A stretch of 64,000 nucleotides of DNA from Candidatus Multivoradales bacterium (GTDB taxonomy: Bacteria; Acidobacteriota; Thermoanaerobaculia; Multivoradales; J023), in assembly GCA_965248925.1 (NCBI GenBank), contig CBDFLE010000006.1:1344001-1408000 (forward strand), written 5' to 3'. The notes below the pieces were generated by a model that was given only the letters and a program-made list of their open reading frames with translations, did not search any database and was not told the origin of the DNA. Below, in pieces: positions 61,779 through 64,000 of the stretch (positions are counted from its first letter, which is position 1; the number at the start of each line of letters is the position of its first letter). The translations under genes and the position numbers were made by a program.

Positions 61779-64000
61779 ATGCCTGCACGTCTGCTCGTCT
61801 GCCTGCTCGCCCTTCTGCTACCGGGGCTCGCCACGCCCTCGGTCGACGCCCACCCCGATCACGGCGAAACCGCAGCGGCCAACGAGCACGGCACCAGCAC
61901 CAGCAGCCGCTTGCCGGGACGGAAGAAACACGGCCACAAGGGCACCAAGCACGGCGCCGACACAGCTGCTGAGGAGAGCGACGAAAAGCAAGAGAAGTGG
62001 GATGTTGACCATCCCCCTGGCAACGATCCCTACCCGGTAGGAATCGATGTCGACGAAGGCACCTGGATGAGCCTCGACGTCTCACCCGATGGCCAGCAGA
62101 TCGTCTTCGACCTGCTGGGCGACATCTACCGCCTGCCGATCACCGGCGGCGACGCCGAAGCATTGACCGCCGGCATGGCCTGGGACATGCAACCGCGCTA
62201 CAGCCCGGACGGACAGCAGATCGCCTTCACCAGCGACCGGGGCGGCGGCGACAACATCTGGCGCATGGGCGCTGACGGCAGCGATCCCGAAGCGGTGAGC
62301 AGCGAGGACTTCCGGCTGCTCAATTCACCCGCTTGGAGCCCCGACGGAGAGTGGATCGTGGCGCGCAAGCATTTCACCTCACGACGCTCGCTGGGAGCGG
62401 GTGAAATCTGGCTCTACCATCGCTCGGGCGGCCATGGGATGCAGATGACCGAGAAGCCCAACGAGCAGAAGGATCTCGGCGAGCCGGCCTTCTCGGCCGA
62501 CGGCCATTACGTCTATTTCAGCCGCGACACCACCCCCGGCGACACCTTCCAATACTCGAAAGACCCCAACGACGAGATCTACACCATCCGCCGCCTCGAC
62601 CGCGACACCGGCGAGATCGAGCCCTTCATCACCGGTCCCGGCGGCGCGGTGCGCCCCACCCCTTCACCAGATGGCAAATACCTGGCCTTTGTGCGCCGAG
62701 TGCGCTTCCGGACCGTGCTTTTTTTGCACGATCTCGAAAGCGGCCGCAACACACCGCTATACGAGAACCTAGAGCGGGACCTGCAAGAGACCTGGGCGAT
62801 CCACGGGGTCTATCCGACCTTCGCCTGGACTCCCGACAGTCGTTCCATCGTGTTCTACGCCAAGGGCAAGATTCGCCGCATCGAAATCGCCAGCGGCGAA
62901 TCGCAAGTGATTCCCTTCCGGGTACGCCAAACCCACCATCTGCTCACAGCCCTGCGCTTCCCGGTGGAGGTGGCGCCGGACCAATTCAAAGTCAAAATGC
63001 TGCGCTGGGTACAGGTATCGCCAAGCGGCGACCAGGTGATCTTCCAAGCTCTGGGCCGACTGTGGAGCCGCCAGCTTCCCGACGGCGAGCCCCAGAGGCT
63101 GACCGATCAGAACGACCATTTCGAACTCTACCCATCGTTCTCCCGCGATGGCCAGCAGATCGTCTACGTCAGCTGGGATGATCAAAAACTGGGCGCAGTG
63201 CGAATCATCGCGTCGAGCGGCGGCGCCAGCCGCAGCCTGACCGCGGAGCCCGGCCACTACGTAGAGCCGGTGTTCTCCCCCAATGGCAAGACCGTGGTCT
63301 TTCGAAAGATCGGCGGCGGTTTAGTGCGCAGCCCGCTGTATTCTCGCAACCAGGGTCTCTACGCCCTAGCAACCGATGGCGGCGAGCCGCTCAAAGTGAC
63401 TTCGAACGGTGTACGCCCGCACTTCGCGGCCGACTCCCAGCGAGTCTACTTCCAGAGCTTCGACGGCCCCAAAGAGCGCACCTTACGCTCGATCGAGCTC
63501 GATGGCAGCGATGAGCGCAGCCACTTCCAGAACGAGGCCGTCACCGAATACCGGATTTCTCCAGACGGCCTCTGGGTAGCCTTCCGCGAGCATTTCAACG
63601 CCTACGTGGCCCCCTTCGTCGCCACCGGCAAAGCGATCTCACTGGGCCCCAAGACCAAGAACCTGCCGCTGCGCCAAGTGTCGCGTGACGCTGGCGAGTA
63701 CTTGCATTGGTCGGGGGACAGTTCCAAACTCTACTGGGCTCTGGGTCCAGAACTCTACGAACGCCAACTCAGCGACGCCTTCGCCTTCCTCGACGGCGCC
63801 CCTGAGGAACTCCCCGAAGCGGCCGGGAGCGGTCTCGACATCGGCTTCGAGCTGGCCACCGACAAGCCCTCCGGCCGAGTGGCCTTCGTCGGTGCCCGGT
63901 TGATCACCATGCGCGGTGAAGAGATCATCGAAGACGGCACGGTGTTGGTCGAGGGTGACCGCATCGTCGCTGTGGGCAACCGAGAAGAGATCGAAGTGCC
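61779..64000 (+). CDS. Secreted PD40/TolB beta-propeller + amidohydrolase-family protein (3' partial, absent from the ORF track)
   Basis: GGAGG SD, signal peptide, EGTWMSLDVSPDG..FDLLGDIY, repeated SPDG blades; ends in an amidohydrolase-type N-terminal segment (ARLITMRG..IEDGTVLVEGDRIVAVG). Confidence 0.85.
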   Translation, partial: MPARLLVCLLALLLPGLATPSVDAHPDHGETAAANEHGTSTSSRLPGRKKHGHKGTKHGADTAAEESDEKQEKWDVDHPPGNDPYPVGIDVDEGTWMSLDVSPDGQQIVFDLLGDIYRLPITGGDAEALTAGMAWDMQPRYSPDGQQIAFTSDRGGGDNIWRMGADGSDPEAVSSEDFRLLNSPAWSPDGEWIVARKHFTSRRSLGAGEIWLYHRSGGHGMQMTEKPNEQKDLGEPAFSADGHYVYFSRDTTPGDTFQYSKDPNDEIYTIRRLDRDTGEIEPFITGPGGAVRPTPSPDGKYLAFVRRVRFRTVLFLHDLESGRNTPLYENLERDLQETWAIHGVYPTFAWTPDSRSIVFYAKGKIRRIEIASGESQVIPFRVRQTHHLLTALRFPVEVAPDQFKVKMLRWVQVSPSGDQVIFQALGRLWSRQLPDGEPQRLTDQNDHFELYPSFSRDGQQIVYVSWDDQKLGAVRIIASSGGASRSLTAEPGHYVEPVFSPNGKTVVFRKIGGGLVRSPLYSRNQGLYALATDGGEPLKVTSNGVRPHFAADSQRVYFQSFDGPKERTLRSIELDGSDERSHFQNEAVTEYRISPDGLWVAFREHFNAYVAPFVATGKAISLGPKTKNLPLRQVSRDAGEYLHWSGDSSKLYWALGPELYERQLSDAFAFLDGAPEELPEAAGSGLDIGFELATDKPSGRVAFVGARLITMRGEEIIEDGTVLVEGDRIVAVGNREEIEV

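Overview
High-GC bacterial DNA. Gene content suggests Acidobacteriota/Thermoanaerobaculia, but this is inference. The window has four parts. (1) ~260-8190: a compact integrative element. It carries a divergent XRE repressor, two tandem SymE-like genes, a CHC2/Toprim primase-AAA+ helicase fusion with an 11-bp-phased iteron-like array in its 3' end, a XerC-like tyrosine recombinase and a ~690-bp structured spacer. These are followed by a shell-less Rhs core/toxin gene with a signal-peptide-like leader, its immunity gene, and a second pseudogenised toxin tip/immunity pair. The first toxin-domain/immunity unit is bounded by an in-frame 13-bp direct repeat, which suggests cassette exchange of toxin tips. 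This is the best candidate for an undescribed system. (2) ~8190-19063: a stack of five IS elements. IS21 sits inside the probable end of an ISL3, and IS66 contains an IS3-like element that contains a 797-aa DDE transposon. Inverted repeats and target duplications resolve most junctions. (3) ~19064-43000: secreted and surface modules. These are an STN lipoprotein/Cys-peptide/beta-propeller trio and two paralogous beta-propeller-HK-REC-AraC hybrid sensors, each followed by the same 26-bp motif and a secreted target (a 3180-aa Ig/GEVED repeat protein and a Cys-rich repeat protein). (4) 43000-64000: mostly ordinary genes (DEAD helicase, sulfatase-TPR, rfbG, MaoC, Cys-repeat metalloprotease, TonB, MATE, TPR, Ser/Thr kinase, SNF2, moaB, partial PD40-amidohydrolase). 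All calls come from reading motifs by eye; no database searches were run.
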